In this document: in pieces, positions 62,145 to 64,000 of the stretch
Numbering within the stretch: the stretch's first letter is position 1
Layout of the letters: every line of letters begins with the position of its first letter
DNA from: Octopus bimaculoides
Taxonomy: Eukaryota
DNA: 64,000 nt
Assembly: GCF_001194135.2 (NCBI RefSeq)
Contig: NC_068988.1
Location: 36,315,811 to 36,379,810, forward strand
Reading direction: 5' to 3'
Notes under the pieces: model-generated
Told to the model about the DNA's origin: nothing
The model's database searches: none
The model's input: only the letters and a program-made list of their open reading frames with translations
Made by a program: the position numbers and the translations under genes

Positions 62145-63077
62145 ATTAGGTCGTCAAGTAAGAAGTTTGTAGACAAGAAAAAAAGTTTGCTAATGTTTTA
62201 TTCATCAAAGTAGGCACCCATATTGTCAATACACTTTTGCAATTTCAGCGTTAGCTTCTCCAGCCCGGAATTGTAAAACCCTGGCAACATAGAGTCAATA
62301 ATATCTTAGAAGTCCTGTTTTATAACATCGTCGGAATTAAATTTTCTCCTATGAAAAAGTTATCCAAATTCAGAAAAAAGTGGTTGTCAATGGGGTGAAG
62401 ATCGGGTCAGTATGGTGGATGATGTAAAACTTTCAACTCCAACAGTTGTAGTTTCGCCAATGTCATTTTTGCGATGTGTTGTCTGGCGTCGTGTTGCAAT
62501 AAAATAGGAGTGAATCTGTTGACTAATCTAGGATGTATTTTGTAAGTTTTTGCATCATTTGGTCCAGTTGGCTGCAGTATACTTCGACCGTGATTGAGGA
62601 GCCAGGTTTAATGAAATCATAGTGGATCGCACCTGCGCCTGATCACCAAACACAGACTGTCAGCTTCTTTTGATGAATTTTGATTTTGGACTGTGTTTTG
62701 GTGGCTCATCTTTGCGCAACTATTGTGCTGAACGTTTACAGTTGTTGTACTGGATCCATTTCTCATCACATGTTACAATTCGATTAAAAAATGATTCATT
62801 TTTTTTTTTGTAACAAGAAACTAGGATAATGCAGGATTCCAAAGTTTGTTGTTTCTGATTTTCGTTGAGTTCACGTGTAACTCACTTATCCAACGTTTCA
62901 ATTTATTTGAACTAGGTGAATCAATAATGTTTGCTTCCTAACACCAAACAACAACGATAATTCCCGAGCACATGGAGATGGATTTGGCTCGACAGTGGCT
63001 TTCAGTTCGTTATTATTCACCTTTGTTTCTGGTCGACCCCGTCGCTCATTTGTAAGGTCAAAGTTACCACAACGAAA
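62145..63077 (-). mobile_element. Mariner copy, left arm of a palindromic unit, with right-end TIR
   Basis: Minus strand FRCGNFDLTNERRGRPETKV...RIVTCDEKWIQYNNCKR...HDARQHIAKM...HPPY*PDLHPIDNHFF...IDNMGAYFDE*; ends ...cttacttgacgacctaat. Confidence 0.88.
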
Positions 63078-63792
63078 GTTGGATAACTGGGTGCCAACAT
63101 GAACACAATGAAAATCAGAAACAGCAACGTTTGGAAGCCTGCATTATGCTACGTTATCGTCGCAAATATGAATCATTTTTGAATCGAATTGTAACATGTG
63201 ATGAGAAATGGATCCAATACAACAACTGTAAAAGTCCCAAACCCCAAATTCATCAAAAGCTGACAGTGTGTGCCTGGTGGTCTGGCGTAGGTGTGATCCA
63301 TTATGATTTCAATTAACCTGGCTCGTCAATCATGGCCGATGTACACTGCAGCCAACAGAACAGAATGATGCAGAAAATTACAAACAGAAACCAGCTTGGT
63401 TTAGTCCACAGTTCCACCCCTATTTTATTGCAAAACAACGCCAGGCCACACATTGCAAAAATGACATTGGCAAAACTACAGCAGTTGAAATTGGAAGTTT
63501 TCCATCATCCACCATACTGACCTGGACATTTCTCCACCGACTGCCACTTCTTGAATTTGGATAAATTTTTCATAGGAAAACCATTAATTCTGACGATGTT
63601 ATAAAACAGGCCTTCCAAGATTTTAATGACTCTAGATTGCCAGGCTTTTACAATTCCGGGCTAGACAAGCTAACATTGAAATGGCAAAAGTCTATTGACA
63701 GTATGGGTGCCTATTTTGATGAATAAAACTATTCCTTGTATTTATAAAACATTTTCAAACTTTTCTACAAATTTCGTACTTAACGACCCAAT
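63074..63792 (+). mobile_element. Mariner copy, right arm of a palindromic unit, with right-end TIR
   Basis: KLDNWVP...LEACIMLRYRRKYESFLNRIVTCDEKWIQYNN...LLQNNARPHIAKMTLAKLQQLKLEVFHHPPY...IDSMGAYFDE*; ends ...cgtacttaacgacccaat. Confidence 0.9.
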
Positions 63793-64000
63793 NNNNNNNN
63801 NNNNNNNNNNNNNNNNNNNNNNNNNNNNNNNNNNNNNNNNNNNNNNNNNNNNNNNNNNNNNNNNNNNNNNNNNNNNNNNNNNNNNNNNNNNNNNNNNNNN
63901 NNNNNNNNNNNNNNNNNNNNNNNNNNNNNNNNNNNNNNNNNNNNNNNNNNNNNNNNNNNNNNNNNNNNNNNNNNNNNNNNNNATATATACATATACAAGG

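Noticed and set aside
1-64000. CRISPR arrays, rRNA, bona fide tRNA genes, LTR retrotransposons
   Set aside because: No repeat-spacer array, rRNA sequence, complete cloverleaf or LTR pair with PBS/PPT seen; tRNA-like pieces are SINE heads.

Overview
Strongly AT-rich eukaryotic scaffold DNA with many N gaps and very dense (TA)n/(CA)n/(AAT)n/(AGT)n/(CT)n microsatellites. The SINE families and transposon types look like those of Octopus; this is an inference from remembered repeat sequences, not a database result. I recognise no host protein-coding gene, rRNA, tRNA or CRISPR array, and most ORFs in the track are microsatellite or antisense artefacts. The window is mostly a graveyard of mobile elements: about nine R4/Dong-like RLE LINE fragments, several starting or ending at (AAT)n tracts; five Penelope-like element (PLE) remnants (RT and GIY-YIG parts); a near full-length Tigger/pogo transposase pseudogene; several mariner/Tc1 relics and a MITE; an RTE fragment; and two SINE families. 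The most interesting signals are not in the ORF track. (1) Type I hammerhead ribozyme motifs: two with intact catalytic cores (14671-14801 and 47371-47460) and several decayed ones, mostly in units bounded by (TA)n. (2) A roughly 1.9-kb unit at 45897-47830 encoding only a Gag/ORF1-like zinc-knuckle protein followed by a hammerhead, with no RT, lying directly behind a PLE endonuclease. (3) A PLE with a twin-priming-like 5' inversion and a perfect 19-bp hairpin at its junction. (4) A palindromic mariner derivative with two right ends. Two assembly artefacts are also visible: an Illumina adapter and a duplication flanking a gap. All translations and pairings were done by eye, and element boundaries are approximate.
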